A stretch of 63,952 nt of DNA, filler included, from Octopus bimaculoides (GCF_001194135.2; 7 parts of 6 records of this genome joined end to end with filler, not necessarily neighbours in it), one strand, 5' to 3'. Shown: positions 26,035 to 40,228, counted from the whole stretch's first letter. Notes: generated by a model from the sequence alone, not told the origin. A program made the numbers and translations.

Positions 26035-26815
26035 GGTGGGTGCAGTTGATTAGATCGTTCCCAGTACTCAACTAGTACTTAAATTGTCGACCCCGAAAGA
26101 ATGAAAGGCGAAGTCGACCTCGGTGGAATTTGAACTCAGAACGTAAAGACAGACGAAATACGCTATGCATTGCGCCCGGCGTGCAAACGTTTCTGCCAGC
26201 TCGCCGCGTTTGTAACTTAGCGCTTCTTCAAAAGAGAATGTGTACTGGGGTTGATTTGTTCGAATAAATTCTACAAGGCGGTGCTCCATCATGGCCGCAG
26301 CATGTTAACTGAAAGAAGCAAGTGATAAAAGATATGTATGCAATATTTCCTTATATTATCTATGATGGCAAAACTATACATACTTCCAATGTAACATGTC
26401 ATATTGTTTTTTACTGCAGGCACAAGGCCTGAAATTTGGAGGGAAGGGGCCAGTCGATGACATCGACCCCAGTACACAACTGGTATTTAATTTATCGATC
26501 CCGGGGGGTGAATGGCAAAGTCGCCCTCGGCGAAATTTGAACGTTACGGCAGACGAAATACCTCTAACCATTTCGCCCGGCGTGCTAACGTTTCTTATTT
26601 CTTTATTACCCCCAAGGGGCTAAACATAGAGGGAACAAACAAGGACAGACTAACGGATTAAGTCGATTACATCGATCCCAGAGTGTACCTGGTACTTAAT
26701 TTATCGACCCCCGAATGTATGAAAGGCAAAGTCAAACTCGTCGGAATTTGATCTCAGAACGAAAAATACCGCTAAGCATTTCACCCGGCGTGCTAACGTT
26801 TCTGCCAGCTCGCCG
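26035..26815 (-). mobile_element. Cluster of three S1 SINE copies (26035-26212, 26412-26590, 26594-26815)
   Basis: Repeated GGCGAGCTGGCAGAAACGTT.GCACGCCGGG ... GACTTTGCCTTTCA ... GGGGTCGAT. Confidence 0.88.
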
Positions 26816-26873
26816 ACTTAATATAACATGTCATGTTACAAGTAAAACCCAAATATAGTGCGTGTGTGCGTGC

Positions 26874-26965
<92 letters not shown>

Positions 26966-27959
26966 TATGTAATATTTACATTCTACAACAACAAAACGGC
27001 TTTATGCATCTGTATATAACTTTCCTTCGTCCAAATAGGGAATCTTCGCTAAATATTCTCCCGATTAAGTCACGCATACTCACAACCGACTCCACTCCCC
27101 TTGATTCTCTATTTACACATTCTTTCCTCTCTTTTGCTTTTCGTTTTTTACTCCCTATAATTTTCTTTTAGCATTGCATATCTTATTTTCGTATATTATT
27201 TCGCTTATAAATCTCTTTCGCTCAGTTCTGAATAGTTCGTTGTTGATTTTTCCCTCTGGATATACATTTCAACCATATTTATCTTTGACATTATACTATT
27301 TCATATTTTCTTAAAAATTACTCCACAAATATATACATAAATACACAGCTATACTAATGTAATGCATATATAGGTAGATAGATACATGCATATATACACA
27401 CATATGTAAATACAAACATACATAGATACGTATACACATAAATATATATATGTGTGTATGTTTGTGTCTGTATGTATATTTTGATATATATATATACACA
27501 CACACACACNNNNNNNNNNNNNNNNNNNNNNNNNNNNNNNNNNNNNNNNNNNNNNNNNNNNNNNNNNNNNNNNNNNNNNNNNNNNNNNNNNNNNNNNNNN
27601 NNNNNNNNNNNNNNNNNNNNNNNNNNNNNNNNNNNNNNNNNNNNNNNNNNNNNNNNNNNNNNNNNNNNNNNNNNNNNNNNNNNNNNNNNNNNNNNNNNNN
27701 NNNNNNNNNNNNNNNNNNNNNNNNNNNNNNNNNNNNNNNNNNNNNNNNNNNNNNNNNNNNNNNNNNNNNNNNNNNNNNNNNNNNNNNNNNNNNNNNNNNN
27801 NNNNNNNNNNNNNNNNNNNNNNNNNNNNNNNNNNNNNNNNNNNNNNNNNNNNNNNNNNNNNNNNNNNNNNNNNNNNNNNNNNNNNNNNNNNNNNNNNNNN
27901 NNNNNNNNNNNNNNNNNNNNNNNNNNNNNNNNNNNNNNNNNNNNNNNNNNNNNNNNNNN

Positions 27960-27996
<37 letters not shown>

Positions 27997-28485
27997 TCTA
28001 AATGTATGCATTTAGATTTTTGTGTATATTCATGTGTATATTTCTGGGTATATTTATATGTCTATCGTTCATTATTAACTATATGCTTTTAATATGTATA
28101 TATGAGTAAATATACCTGACTGAACATATGTGGTAGTGAAGTGCTTGTATATACATGCATGTAAGTGCATTTGTTTGCCCGTGTATAGTAAAGCGATTGT
28201 CCAGGTAACACTGATAGGGTATATGTACATCTAGGAGTACAGCTTCACTGCAGACCTATGCAATACATATTATTTATGTACATATGTATGATCATATTAA
28301 TTTTGTATGTTTTCCTTTCTAATTTCATTATCTTCATCTCTCTGCCTCAAACAGATAGATATTCAGTCGTACACACACACATATATATATATTTATACTA
28401 ATCTATACATATATGTATGTATACACACACACACATACATACATATATACATACATATGTGTGTATGTATGTATATTCCGCTTAC

Positions 28486-28663
28486 ATGAATTCATTGGAA
28501 ATAACATCACACCCAGGCCAGTTGGATAATGTATATCAGTTATCCGCTGAATAAATATAATTACAGCCTCATACTCTTCGTTGAAATCGAAATCCTCCGC
28601 TTCTCTGTTATACTCTATCGAAGACATTGCAATGACTTCTTTTTCATTGGTCGGGATCAAAGG
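28486..28663 (-). CDS. Candidate internal coding exon of an unidentified gene (PLIPTNEKEVIAMSSIEYNREAEDFDFNEEYEAVIIFIQRITDIHYPTGLGVMLFPMNS)
   Basis: GCTTCTAG acceptor, T|GTAAGC donor, 59 open codons with strong GNN bias; the other two minus frames stop at once. Confidence 0.5.
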
Positions 28664-29011
28664 CTAGAAGCGTTATGATGTATACCTGAGGCTGATTCAA
28701 ATCATCGATATTCTAATCAGATTCCATATTTTATCCTACGTATTGATTAAGACGGAAGAATAGAAATAACATCGCCTTCGGCACTTTTTTTTTCTCTCTG
28801 CTCGTTCCTTCAAACATCCGCACAAGGAAAGGAAAATTGTTTTCCTGTATATTTTTGTCACTTAGCACCGGAATAAGACATCTGAAAATTATTAATGAAA
28901 CAGAATTTCAAGCGTACGGTTTGGTTGCAGCATTGCATATAATAATAATTTCATGTATTTTTCTTGTAAATCCATTTCTAGATATCATAGAAGATATTGT
29001 TCCCTCACACG

Positions 29012-29064
<53 letters not shown>

Positions 29065-29239
29065 ACTTTTTTATCCTCACTTTTCTGTCCGTTCCGTTTT
29101 ATCTGTTTATTTATTCCACCTTTGAAATTGCTTTATGTTTTTTATTTCAGTCTCTGAAGTCAGGTTTTCGTTGTTTGCTTCTCTTGTCATTTTTCATTAT
29201 TTATTTCCCTACCAAAAGAAAAGAATCATAACAAAAACC

Positions 29240-29277
<38 letters not shown>

Positions 29278-29783
29278 CACAAACTATCCGATCGTCGACA
29301 TTTGATGCCCGAGAGAACATAAAATTAGATTTTCTCCCCTATCATTGCGTATCTGTTGCAAAGAAAATTCCTGAATTGAGTAGAGCCTTCTTTACCTCTC
29401 TCAACAATCTCAGAAATTCTTTCCCCAAAGCAAATTTTTTTGCAATATTTTCTAGCCTGCTACTTCTTCAGAGGGCTAGAGAATGACGGGTAATTCTTTT
29501 GAATAAATTTGCTAGAATAATTCTATCATTAATTTCGAGGAATCTGTATTAACAATAATTAATTCCAATTATCTTCAGAATAAAGCGTGTTGTCTATGAC
29601 ATAGCTTTTGAGTTTGTTTGTTTTGTTTTTGTTAGGGTTAGGGTTAGGGTTTTTTGCTTGCTTCTTTGTTTTTTATTTGTTTATCCCACTATACGATAAG
29701 GTGGTTGGCTCTCCAGTAATGCCAAGCACCAATGATTACACCCTTCTATTCTTTATATAATTCATTTTTAAAATTAAACATAA

Positions 29784-29900
29784 GGCGGTGAGCTAGCAGA
29801 ATCGTTTGCACACCGGGCAAAATGACTGGCAGTATTTCGTCCGTCTTAGCGTTCTGAGTTCCAGTTCTGTTGAGGTCGACTTTGCCTTTTATCCTTTCAG
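29784..29900 (+). mobile_element. S1 SINE head, truncated
   Basis: GGCGGTGAGCTAGCAGAATCG..GTTCTGAGTTCC..GAGGTCGACTTTGCC. Confidence 0.8.
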
Positions 29901-30721
29901 GCCTCGTACCTTCAGTCGATAGGACTATTAAATTTAAATATGTAGATTTAGTGTCGTTTTTTTTTTAATAACGACATATCCTATTGTCATTTTCATTTAG
30001 TCTTCGCCAACTGGAGTTTTGAGGGTTTGGTCTATCGCTTCCAGCGTTCAATGGAGCTCTTCTTCACTACCAAAATAATAGTGGGTGATCTACCTTGTTC
30101 TGTGCTGGTGGGGAAAAGATTTTCAGATCATATTTGTTTCCATACGTTTTCATATATGAGTCTTATTGGAAGTCCGACTACATTGATATCGAGATTGCCA
30201 AATACAATACCACTCTCACAAATTATCTCCACACGCTTGATACGACATAATCAATATAAATTGACGAGTAAAGTGATATTACATCCAAGCCACCTATAAA
30301 GCAATCTATGAGGTCAGAGAAGTAGTTGCAATCATTGATTTTTCTGAGATCTTCAGTGCAACCAGAGATGAATGGCAACAAGTGACATTTTTACTAGCGT
30401 GTGTATGATTACTGAGAGAAAATATGAGAGTCTGTAGTTGTTGGGAATGTTGACTCCGCAAAGTGATCGAATTGGAAGTCCAGTAACTAGATCAGTGACA
30501 GGTGTGGGATCTTTTCTAGTTCCATACATTGTATGTGTGCCATTTTTGTGACTTGGAAGTTGTTTTTAGTATGTCATCTTGGCTGCACCACATACTCGAG
30601 TGCAGGTTAATTACTTTTTAATTATCTCATAATATTGTGTTGTAACCTCTATCAAATTAATTTTGTTTTTATTTTGGCACGAACCAAACAATTTTTGAGA
30701 AGAGAGTAAATTAATTACATC

Positions 30722-30885
30722 GACCCTATTGCTCAACAGGTGTACTTATTTTAACGATACGCAAATAACAAGGGAGGAGCAAGTTAGACTTGACCACGGC
30801 GGCATTTGAACTCAGAACCTTCAGAACTGAAAGAAATGCCGCTAAGCCTTTTGTCCAGCATGCATGTGATTCTGCTAGCTCTTTC
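30722..30885 (-). mobile_element. S1 SINE, diverged
   Basis: Reverse-complement match to the S1 head. Confidence 0.7.
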
Positions 30886-32255
30886 GTCTGTATGCTATTA
30901 ATGGTATGTGGATGCATTTTCTTGGATATAGTTTGGTACTCTTAAACTCTCTACATACCTTCTATGAGACTCAGGTGTGGAGAAACACAGTACGTCCCTA
31001 TTTTAATGCCTTGTCACAGTTTTTCGGAACCGTGTCTGACTCCAATATCAAGTTGATGGGTAGCCATCATTTTATGACTCTTACTGTATTTGTCTTAGAA
31101 ACCTAATTTTCAATTCGGACAGTGTAAATGTTGTGCTTCTGTTCCCTCTGTATATAATGAAATGCAGACTCTTTTATTAAATGTTAAGTTAATGGGGGTA
31201 TATACATTACATATCTTTTAGTTTGTAAGAGGGGTTTACAGAATGCATTTTGAGGGGGTATTAGTATTACTGTCATCAATATCAGAAATAAGGTTATATC
31301 AAGGTTGTTACACATTATCTAAGTTGTTGTTGTTTTTATACATTATCTGTATTCTTGGGTGAGTTATTGTTCTTTCTGTTACTCCTTAACTTTGATCCAA
31401 TTTGTGTGAAAGTGTTTTTCACTTTCAGAGAGACATTCAGTATTATTGATCTTCTTGTGTAAAGTATACTTTAGTGCTAATGCTAAAGGAGAGGTTTCTT
31501 CTGTGTCCAATTGTAAAGCATGGTAATTTCTAGTGGCTGTTTGTGCATAGGTAATTGTATTTTTAGTTTGTTTGTATTAAAATTGAGATGTAACATACTA
31601 TCACTCGTATTAATTCCATCAATGGCGTTAGGTTAACTCCGTTTCTCGCTAGTAGATTGTAGTTCTGGTTATCGACGTTTTCATAGCTACATCCATATTA
31701 GTTTGCGCAAAAGTGACTGTTACAACTGCTGCTTTCACATTAAATAACATAGAACAATGTTTCCATCTCCAGTGTAGTGAGAATGACTTTAATATCATGG
31801 ATTAGTATCCGTTTCTTTGTTGGCAAACTGCAATGTAGATTTTCTGTTTCATATTTACTAGTATTATATGCTGTAATGGTTTTTGTTTGTTTTTCAGCAT
31901 GACGCTTTGTGAGAACGAGCTTGCTTACTACTGATATGATGGAATTTGCACACAATTTGTAAGAGATGGATTTTTTAAATATATTTTCAAGTTTCTCTCT
32001 GTGTCTTTCTGCTGCTATCTATCTCTCTCCATCTCTCTCTCTATCTGTATATAAAGATATATATATTTGCCATGATAGATCGCTAACAACTACACAGAAA
32101 TTTTTTCTCTCCTTGTTTCTTTCTGTGTTCCTTTCTGTGGAAGAGCGTAGGCTCGAAATGTTAAAGACTTTTTTAATTCCCGAGCGTTATACTAATACAT
32201 CTGTTTGTTTTGTACACCACCCATCTTCGTCTGTTGTTTTTTTTTTGTGAATTCT

Positions 32256-32313
<58 letters not shown>

Positions 32314-33960
32314 CCATTTTGATACGTATCTTTGAGTCATATAATCAATGTAATCGCAAACTTTCATCGTATACAAAATAACAAACGGAAAGGATGTACG
32401 ATATTTCAATAAACATTATTTGGAAATGGATGAACTTCATCATTCAATCAATTTTCTGCTGAATATGTAGTAATCATAACAATAATTCATTATGTGATTA
32501 GTAGAGACCTAAGTAAATCACAAAATATTGGTTAATAAGATCATTAATGCTTTCTTTCCTATGTACTAGATAGCATGAAAATGCATTCAACTGTACACAA
32601 ATGCACCACATTACTATTTCCTTTGTTTTTAGAATCAATATTCATATGTATTGTGCGAAATGCGTTGGAAGAAATTTCAGTCTTGTGAGAGAATGCGAAA
32701 CAATGGATAGTCACTCTTTGAAAATGTTGAATGTGACGAACACAATATAAGCATGGTGTTCCATATAAAAAAACAAAAAATATGAAACAAAAATGTATGC
32801 TGATAACACAAAAATATAAATAAAGATTTGCAGAAAGGTTATTTTGCAGCAACAACTAATTAATATGGGATTTGTGTTTTGTTAAGATGCTTAATTCTCA
32901 TGTAATTGTTGCAACAGTTGCTGTTGCGGCTTGATTACGTTCTATCGGATTTCTTGAAAACTAATTTTCTCTGCTCTTTTGTATTATTTTATATTTTTCT
33001 ACCTAAAAGGCTTTTATTTCTCTTATCTTCTTGTTTACATTCCCAATCATAATTCATAGATTTTTGTTTTTATTCACAAATGTGAAAATACATTATTCAA
33101 TCTTTTTTTTTTTTATCCAGTTATCTAAAGAGGAAGAAAAAAAAAACTAGAATAAAATTTAATCTTCATATTCAAAGAGAAATACAAAATGATATTTCGT
33201 TTCCAAAACTAATTTAAAGTAATCTACCGAAATACACAACGTAGAAAGTGAACTTATGTATGTTATTATTTACAGAGGCAATTGAAATTTTCAATATCAA
33301 AATGATTATAGACACGCATTTTGCGGATAGTCTTCAGTCTGATTTGACATGTTGCTCAATTTAAACTGAAACAATAGACATTAAACCTAGATAAATAATT
33401 GTATCAATGGTTAAATCAAATCAAATGAAATCAAACTGAAGTTTATTCTTAATGATGAATAACCACATAATTGCCACAACATTTAAAACTAATAATCATA
33501 ATCAGCTTATTAGATATATATACAGCGCTCGGGTGCTCTACATCTCATTGTAAAATGGTAAAAGGTGGAGGGACAGAAACTGCAATGCCAAATAAAGAAA
33601 GACAACAAAGATGGCCAAAAGTACACGGTAGTCAACAGTGCACAGGATAAAATACAAGACAGAAAGTTGAAAAGTGCAAGAGCCACGAAAAGGAAATGAC
33701 GCATAGGTATGTCAGCAGTGTGTAGGATGCATCGAATTTTGGGAGGATGCAGTTTCCTGACAGCTAAAAGTCGACGCAGGTAGTTGATTTCATGCTTCAA
33801 CAATTCCGAGCATGAAAAAAAATGTTACCGAAAGTAATGAGTGTTGCACTGTATTTTGATTTTATAATTGAGTCTGTGCGTGAAAGAGATATCGAATTTT
33901 AAAATGTAACCAAAATTGTTGCTAGAAATACGGTGACCTTTTGGTTTTCTATTTAGCCAG

Positions 33961-34143
33961 CTGCAAGACGGAGAAACTTTACTGGGTCAATACTCAGAGA
34001 AGCAAAATCTGCTGGCTATGGCGATTAATGACAGCATTCGTCTAGTTGCACGTCTCTGGACAGCACCAGTTGACCAATATTCTCGACAAGATGAGAATTC
34101 AAGATTGAAAATGCAAACTCGACATCTGCAATCGTATTTATAA
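33961..34143 (+). CDS. Candidate coding exon (LQDGETLLGQYSEKQNLLAMAINDSIRLVARLWTAPVDQYSRQDENSRLKMQTRHLQSYL*)
   Basis: TTTTGGTTTTCTATTTAGCCAG acceptor followed by 60 open codons of protein-like composition; absent from the ORF track because it has no upstream start codon. Confidence 0.35.
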   Translation: MQDGETLLGQYSEKQNLLAMAINDSIRLVARLWTAPVDQYSRQDENSRLKMQTRHLQSYL

Positions 34144-34499
34144 TGTCTGGAAACTTCTACCGTAAATATAATGATATGAAATTACGAACAGAGAGGATAC
34201 CACTCAGTATATTTTCCTAATGATACTTCTAAAAGTGTTATTTCTGTCATAAATCAGGTCAATGTTTCTGAACCCAGTATTTCGATATCTTTGTATTTTA
34301 CCAGAATCCTTTATATAAGTTACATGTGATACGATAAACTAATATAAGCCGAAACACATCGGTCCGGGCTTTTCCATTTATTGTTTACAAAATAGTTGAA
34401 ACATTTCATGTTCTCTTAAATCTTTCTCTTAATTGGTTTCGGTGGGTAAAAGTAATCTAAGCATTTTCGAATTCGAATCTCCTTGTTAAAGTGCCTGTT

Positions 34500-35200
34500 T
34501 GTGGAATCAACCCTCTTGTATTTCCACCATGAGTATTTTCTTATTAATTTGCACCATCCTGGCATGCACTTATGGATCTCACTTAAACTCCGGTCCTGTT
34601 AACTTATGTGCCTCCCCAATACGACAACGACCTGCTTGCTACATTGCCATTAATGCCAACTCATGTGTAAATGATATTATCTTTCATTCTTTCCTAAGTT
34701 TGCGAAGGTCGAGCATCATCCTACTACGACCGACACGCTTCAAACTAAAACGCACTGACTCTATGAACAGACTTCTCGACTGCCTTCCACTTGTTTGCTG
34801 AACCATCACAAAGCTGAAATTGCTATACATATGAAGAAAATATCATACACCACTTTACGTTTTACACGTTTAGAACGAACTTAGAACAAATGATAGACTT
34901 CCCTTTCACTGACGATTTCTAATGGCGAACCCTTTCCTTCCACATTAGCAAAGCTTTCATCATTAAAACAGGCCTTCCTCTTCACGACCAGAAAAATATT
35001 TCAACCCACAACAAGCAGTAACTCTCTACTCAAGTTTAGGTGAGAGCCACAGTGATGTATGGTTCGCACGTCTGGGAGACTGTTGCTGCTACTGATTCTA
35101 TACACAAAAGCAGTCTAAACAGCACCCTTTATCTACCACCCCTCATCAGAAGTTCTGTAATATTTTCTACTCAATCTCTTTTCCCTGGAACATCTACTTT
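34500..35200 (+). mobile_element. Highly decayed CR1/L2/Jockey-type RT C-terminal remnant
   Basis: RATVMYGSHVWE resembles the RPxLEYxSxVW motif of these LINEs; C/T-rich sense strand. Confidence 0.5.
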
Positions 35201-37397
35201 CTGGACTCCGTTCCATGAATATGTTTTTTCTCCTACTGTCATTAACATGTAATGTTAACGGTAACGCTGTCATTAACACGTAACATTAACAGTAACGCCA
35301 GCAAAGTTCATGAGCATTGTAATGGTAGATCAAGACCATCTGGCTCTGTGGAAGCGATCAGATCTTCAAGAGGAGACTTAACAATAATATAAATGTTTAG
35401 CTGACGAGAGACAACCAGGGATCAAGGAGATTACATTTTATGAAGCATTGTTCTTTAAATATAAGACGTGTGTTGAGTAGTATTAGATCAAAATTTTTTG
35501 GCTATTTCAAAAAACTCTACATTTCAAGAGGAACTTTAGCAAAGTTGTAGAAGTTTATTCGAAGGATGATAATGAGATAGCAAGGAGACGAATTTATATA
35601 AAACATTGTTATTTAAAGAGGCAGCTACTACAAAGAAATAACCGTATTTGGTGATCAACTGGTGTATAATCCACTCAGGGTTTAAACGAATTAACTGAAC
35701 TTATTTGTTTCACAACAACTAAACTCATGAACACAATACATGCAGGTTTCATGTAGAACTCTGCATTATAGAGTCTTCAATGGCATCAAATAAGTTTAAT
35801 GAAAGATATTTGCATTCGTACTTTTCCAGTCCGATAGAATATACTAAGCGCAACGTTTGCCTATGCTGTCATTTAAAAAATCGTTTTTATAGCTACTGTG
35901 CAACAATGGGCGGAACAGTCTCTCTTACATACACAAATATATATGTATGGATGCGTTCTTATATAAGTATGTATCTGTGTGTGTATANNNNNNNNNNNNN
36001 NNNNNNNNNNNNNNNNNNNNNNNNNNNNNNNNNNNNNNNNNNNNNNNNNNNNNNNNNNNNNNNNNNNNNNNNNNNNNNNNNNNNNNNNNNNNNNNNNNNN
36101 NNNNNNNNNNNNNNNNNNNNNNNNNNNNNNNNNNNNNNNNNNNNNNNNNNNNNNNNNNNNNNNNNNNNNNNNNNNNNNNNNNNNNNNNNNNNNNNNNNNN
36201 NNNNNNNNNNNNNNNNNNNNNNNNNNNNNNNNNNNNNNNNNNNNNNNNNNNNNNNNNNNNNNNNNNNNNNNNNNNNNNNNNNNNNNNNNNNNNNNNNNNN
36301 NNNNNNNNNNNNNNNNNNNNNNNNNNNNNNNNNNNNNNNNNNNNNNNNNNNNNNNNNNNNNNNNNNNNNNNNNNNNNNNNNNNNNNNNNNNNNNNNNNNN
36401 NNNNNNNNNNNNATATATGCATGCATATGTGTTCGTACGTAATTACACATGCAGGTGTATCTGTCTACCTGTATGTGTGTCTGTGTTTAGTTGCCTAGCG
36501 ATATATTTACTTATTTTTTCTTAGTGTATGCCTATCTTTTACAAATAATACTTCAGTAAATTTTTCTTTTCTTTCTCTCCTTTTATTTAGCTTTGCATTT
36601 AAAACATTTCTTCCAAAGAAGACTTGGGAACATTCGTAGTGGGAATTGGTAACGCAAATATATCGTATTTTAGACAGTGTTCACTTATAAAAATGTCAAT
36701 AAAAGAGCAAATGAATACATCGGAAACAGACAAGTTTATTTAATTACTACGGACGCCTTTGTAGTAATTACTCTCAGGAATTTTGTACTATTTACTTTAA
36801 TTTATTCATATGTATGTTGTAATCTAATTGTTGTCGTGTAATTACGCTGTCACAGCGCCATTTTCTATGGCGACGATTACAACAGATGAAAATGGGCTTT
36901 ATACAAACCAAGAAAACTGTCGCAAAATAAAAACTTAGGTTTAAATGGTTAATCGGAATATTAAACACAAAAGTATTGGTAATTTGATTGAACAGAAATT
37001 CTCGTTTTTTACTTTTAATTTACTGTTTCTCTGGTTTAGGAAAGAAATCGATAAATCTATCTATCTAGTTGAAGGGCTAGATCAATTTATCTATTTATCT
37101 ATCTATAGCTTCTATACGTACACATATCTACATACGCTATGCATGTGATGTTTCCAGTGGTGGTTATAACAGATATGTAGATACTGACAACAGGTAATGC
37201 AGATAATCCAACCATGTGTTGCAGGTCAAAAGACGATAAGAATTGGAATACATTGTGTATCTATTGAACAGTGTTAATAGGACAAAAACTAAGATGATGA
37301 CAATAAAAAAAAAACGAGGTATGTAATATCTCATGTTTATGATAGTAAGTATTTCAAGAAGGAAATTTACTGTATTGATATACTTCTCTGAATAGTT

Positions 37398-37772
37398 TGT
37401 TGTTGGCACTCCGTCGCTTACGACGTCGAGGGTTCCAGTTGATCCGATCGACGGAACAGCCTGCTCGTGAAATTAACGTGCAAGTGGTTGAGCACTCCAC
37501 AGACACGTGTACCTTCTCTGGGATATTCAGCGTGACACAGTGTTACAAGGCTGACCCTTTGAATTACAGGCACAACAGACACAAGAAGTAAGAGTGAGAG
37601 AAAGTTGTGGTGGAAGATTGCAGCAGGGTTCGCCAACATCCCCTGCGGGAGCCTCGTGGAGCTTTAGTTGTTTTCGCTCAATAAACACTCACAACGCCCG
37701 GTCTGGGAATCGAAACCGCGATCCTATGACTGCGAGTCCGCTGCCCTAACCACTGGGCCATTGCGCCTCCAC
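37398..37772 (-). mobile_element. Full-length tRNA(Arg)-like SINE S3
   Basis: GGAGGCGCAATGGCCCAGTGGTTAGGGCAGCGGACTCGCAGTC..GGTTTCGATTCCC head and (AAC)n-type tail; close paralog at 59463. Confidence 0.9.
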
Positions 37773-38227
37773 TCTCTGAATAGCACGAGTTGAATATTTC
37801 ACACACACACACACACACACACAAATGGTAATCGCGCTCCCTGTGGTGCGGTTAGTTCCGTCAGTGCATAGACATGTGCTTCTTGTGCAGCTAAATGTTT
37901 TCAGCCTTATTTCTAGTAATGCAGGTGCTACCCTGCACCGTCAGCCACAGTCAGTGACAATTAAATGTTTACATACAGTGATATCCGTGGGGCAGCCGAT
38001 GGTGGAGGAGTGTTGGACTGTTGGTAGGGCTGTTATTGTATATGCGGAATAGTTTTCTAAGAAATTCATTTAATATATATATATATATAATTATTACAAT
38101 ATCAGGGTGTACAGTAATTTGTTGTAATAAAAAGATACTCCGTATTTCAGATAGCCCACAAAGGTAGATTACCACTTTCAGCCTAAGTATACGACAATAT
38201 ACACCCCCCCACACACACACACACGCC

Positions 38228-38462
38228 GCAAAGGCGACGACTGGCAGAAACGTTAGCACGCCGGGTGAAATGCTTAGCGGTATTTCGTCTGCCGCTACGT
38301 TCTGAGTTCAAATTCCGCCGAGGTCGACTTTGCCTTTCATCCTTTCGGGGTCGATTAAATAAGTACCAGTTACGCACTGGGGTCGATATAATCGACTTAA
38401 TCCGTTTGTCTGTCTTTGTTTGTCCCCTCTGTGTGTAGCCCCTTGTGGGTAGTAAAGAAATA
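38228..38462 (+). mobile_element. Full-length SINE S1
   Basis: A-box-like TGGCAGAAACGTTAG, B box GTTCAAATTCC, tail GGGTAGTAAAGAAATA. Confidence 0.9.
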
Positions 38463-38513
<51 letters not shown>

Positions 38514-39813
38514 NNNNNNNNNNNNNNNNNNNNNNNNNNNNNNNNNNNNNNNNNNNNNNNNNNNNNNNNNNNNTATATATACGTGATATATACGTGATGA
38601 TCACTCAAGGCAAACATCGCTGTATCACGGGTTTTATTCGTTATTAATACTGCTTCCGTTGCTAATATCTATTTTTTACCTAGACAGTCAGCTATTTATG
38701 ACACCAGTGTCTCATTAATCGTTATAAGTCGAGGTGAAATTTGATCAGCAACGGTCATACGGAATATCTGCTGATGAAGCATAAACAGGCTGAAAATCAC
38801 GTGATCCTACAGTACCCCTACTGATGCTGGACAATGTTCTTATACCATTGATAGTTTCTGTGCTTTTTTAGTACTAAACGTCTATACGAGATGCACTCTC
38901 GGGATGAATAGTGCAGTATTACGGCTTTCTTAGAAAATTCAACGTTAAGTAATACATAAGGATTGCTATTTGGTACTAATATTGCTTCTATTACTAATGT
39001 TTAATTTTTACATCGAGGTTTCTTAATGCTGCATTTAGGCCATTTTTAGATTGCAAAAATATCTTTATTATATCCATTACAACATTTCGAGACCACCACC
39101 ATCCCGAAGTTATGTCATTGGAGTAAGTGATAGTATTCTTATTTTGATGCAAGGGCGCTTTGAGTTGGATCGCAAAGGATGATAGAAATAGAAATAGATA
39201 AAACAAAATCAACGCCCGATTTTAAATTTACAAAAATATAAGTATTGACAAATTTCAATATATGCCTAATGCCTGATACATGAGGGTATCGCTTTCACAA
39301 AATTCACTAGGTTCTACCAGTGTATAGTTATCAGACCCAAAACCGGTGTTTTATCACTAATAACTGCATTCCAATGATCCATTGCGGCTTACAGCAAAAC
39401 GCATATGACACAATGATATTATTCTTGCATTATTCTGATAATGGAATTGTGAGGGACTCAAACGTTAATGGTCTAATGGATTTCGGAACGCTATTATTGC
39501 AGGCTAAACTTAGAGCAATAAAGAAACTCGTACATAAGGGATGCCTTTTATATCGCACGCAAACACACAAACACACACACTCACACATACATATATAAGT
39601 ATGAGTGTGTGTATGTGCATCTGTATGACTGTGAGTATGTTGTGTACATACCTAGACACAACCACACACGCTTACATCTATGAATATTATGTATACATAG
39701 GGAGAAAGAGAGGAGGAGAGAGAAGGAGAGAGATATGTACGTGCACATCAACGGATAATATATATGGCATATATGTATGATATATAATATATAACATAAA
39801 TATATAAATATAT

Positions 39814-39852
<39 letters not shown>

Positions 39853-40228
39853 CATCTCATTTTTATATAAATATATACATATATCTGTCTTTCTTATTAC
39901 ACATATCTATCTATCTACCTATCTATATATATATATATNNNNNNNNNNNNNNNNNNNNNNNNNNNNNNNNNNNNNNNNNNNNTTAATTAATTAANNNNNN
40001 NNNNNNNNNNNNNNNNNNNNNNNNNNNNNNNNNNNNNNGGACCATTGCCGGCAGAGAGTGGCCACCCTACTCGTTATCTCATCCCAGTTCTTCTCCGTTT
40101 GCAGAGATAGATAGATAGAGAGAGAGAGAGATAGATAGAGAGACGTGGATTTTAAACGTCAAAGTAAAACAATAGAATAAGGATAATAAATCTGAATAAC
40201 GACAAATTTGTAGCATCTCTCATTGAAG

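Noticed and set aside
29242-29276. Poly(A) tail of a processed pseudogene
   Set aside because: No upstream ORF, polyadenylation signal or TSD could be identified.
34499-34801. Secreted Cys-containing peptide (MSIFLLICTILACTYG..)
   Set aside because: It lies within a C/T-rich tract continuous with a LINE RT motif and is most simply decayed LINE sequence.
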